Source: Octopus bimaculoides (lineage: Eukaryota). From it: a stretch of 64,000 nt of DNA. Where the stretch lies: positions 73,303,069-73,367,068 of the forward strand of contig NC_068982.1 of the NCBI RefSeq assembly GCF_001194135.2, in the 5' to 3' direction. The notes under the pieces were generated by a model that made no database searches, was not told the DNA's origin, and saw nothing but the letters and a program-made list of their open reading frames with translations. The position numbers and the translations under genes are program-made. Positions 62,200-64,000 of this stretch are shown one piece after another; position 1 is the first letter of the stretch, and each line of letters opens with the position of its first letter.

Positions 62200-62430
62200 A
62201 CAAACATATTTATGGTATGCAGGTAAGGTTATAATCAAAGGTGTGTCCTCAAGAAGCACTTCTGCATTTTCCAGTACTCCAAGGTACATGTGTGCTTGTT
62301 ATATTTTACATGAGAGTTGAAAATACTAGAAAATACCTTTTGCAGAGTAATTACATATGAAAAGAAAAGCTTGAGGAAATTCTGGTTTTATTTATTTCGC
62401 AATACAGGTTTCATTACTGCGTGTGTGTGT

Positions 62431-62565
62431 GCGTTAGGAAGGATATCCAGCTGTAGAAACCATGCCAAAACAGACATGGAGCCTGGGCAGCTCTTCAGCT
62501 GGCCAGTTCCTGTCAAACTGTCCAACCCATGGATGCATGGAAAATGGACATTAAATGATGATGAT
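62431..62565 (+). mobile_element. RTE LINE extreme 3' end with (GAT)n tail
   Basis: Reverse complement of 62573-62711. Confidence 0.8.
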
Positions 62566-62572
62566 AATAGTT

Positions 62573-63354
62573 ATCATCATCATCGTTTAACGTCCGCTTT
62601 CCTTGCTAGCATAGCTTGGACGATTTGACTGAGGACTAACAAGCCAGAAGGCTGCAGCAGGCTCCAATCTGATCTGGCAGAGTTTCTACAGCTGGATGCC
62701 CTTCCTAACGCCAACCACTCAGAGAGTGTAGTGGGTGCTTTTACATGCCACTGGCACAAGGACCAGTCAGACGGTACTGGCAACGGCCATGCTCAAGTGG
62801 TGTTTTTTACGTGCCACCCGCACAGGAGCCAGTCCAGCGGTACTGGCAACAACCTTGCTCAAATGTTTTTTCACATGCCACCAGCACAAGTGCCAGTAAG
62901 GCAATACTGGTAATGATCACGTTCAAATAGCACTTTCTACGTGCCACCGGCACGGAAGCCAGTTAGCTGCTCTAGCAGCGATCACGCTCAGATGGTGCTC
63001 TTAACGCTCCACTGGCACAGGTGCCAGTCATCGAATTTGATTTGATTTCGATTTCACTTGCCTCAACAGGTCTTCGCAATCAGAGTTTACTGTCCAATGA
63101 AGGAAAGGTACGCATAAGTGGGCTGGTTACACCCTTGGCATAGGCCACGGGTTATGGTCTCACTTGGCTTGCCAAGTCTTCTCATGCACTGCATATTTCC
63201 AAAGGTCTCAGTCACTAGTCATTGCCTCGGTGAGGCCTAATGTTCAAAGGTCGTGCTTCACCATCTCATCCCAGGTCTTCCTGAGTCTACCTCTTCCACA
63301 GGTTCCCTCAACCGCTAGGGTATGGCACTTTTTCACACAGCTATCCTCATCCAT
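62573..63354 (-). mobile_element. 5'-truncated RTE LINE (ORF C-terminus plus 3' UTR with tandem repeats)
   Basis: MDEDSCVKKCHTLAVEGTCGRGRLRKTWDEMVKHDL; 3' UTR with about 65 bp repeats (62739-63030); (GAT)n tail. Confidence 0.9.
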
Positions 63355-63823
63355 ATATGTTTACATTACTTAGGTAGGGAAAAATCCAAGTTGTGTTCTC
63401 TTGAAGCATATCTGCTTATTCCAGTTTTACAATTCTGTATGTAGTAGTTATTGTTGATGTGAGGTAGATATTAGAGTTGAAAATTTTGGAAATATTGTTT
63501 GCAAAGTTATATAACAAAACAAGAATCTGGAAAATTTTTTGGTATTATTTATTCACTATTACATATGTTTCTTTTGCTAACAGGAATCACAAATTTCCTA
63601 ATAAAAAAATCATCATACAGAGAATCAAATAGTACAAAATATATATTTGGATGTTTTGTATGGGACATGAGCATGGCTGTATGGTAGGAAGTTTACTTCC
63701 CGACCACATTGCTGAAGATTCAAAGTCACAGAAAACATGAATGAAACAATAACACTCCCACCAACACACCATGCACCACGATGGCTAAAGACAGAAGGGA
63801 AAAGAAAAAGACATCCAACAGTA

Positions 63824-64000
63824 CAGGGTGTTTCAAAAGTCTGAGTCACATCATGACACTGTATATCTTAATAACTATTGAGGATATCAAAACATAATTC
63901 ATATTTCCTGAAAGCTAACATTTCCACATTTCAATACGAGTTTTTACAGGTGTTCAATGTGTGCAAGGAAGGTTACACAACACTCATCCAAACAATAATC
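63824..64000 (+). mobile_element. Tc1/mariner-type element start
   Basis: TA followed by CAGGGTGTTTCAAAAG, a typical TIR start; the other end is not visible. Confidence 0.45.

Noticed and set aside
62739-63030. CRISPR-like repeat and spacer appearance
   Set aside because: Units are diverged rather than identical, lie in a LINE 3' UTR in eukaryotic DNA, and there are no cas genes.

Overview
Eukaryotic, AT-rich, repeat-dominated DNA with dense di-, tri- and tetranucleotide microsatellites and many N gaps, most of which sit inside or against microsatellites. The tRNA-derived SINE families and RTE-type LINE ends match my recollection of octopus repeats, so a cephalopod (Octopus) short-read scaffold is likely; this is an inference, not a database result. 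The only confident gene is an intronless, solitary linker histone H1 (59947-60522, minus) that looks H1.0/H5-like. It has an H1-box and TATA promoter, no histone 3' stem-loop, and its first canonical AATAAA lies about 1.25 kb downstream. The rest is mostly decayed transposable elements: mariner and DD37D (maT) copies and MITEs, a Chapaev3-type transposase relic, two R4/Dong-like LINEs, RTE-like LINEs, a Penelope-like RT plus GIY-YIG relic, Helitron relics and three SINE families. The most unusual items are a degenerate type I hammerhead-ribozyme motif (35691-35826), a fold-back insert with a 14-15 bp target duplication (43478-43777), an internal L1/Tx1-like fragment with a 16 bp duplication (56914-57305), an element embedded in (AAT)n next to a Dong-like LINE, a mariner whose 3' end is an inverted copy of its 5' end, and a candidate two-exon micro-ORF. 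I found no clear evidence of a wholly new biological system. Most ORF-track entries are microsatellite or gap artefacts.
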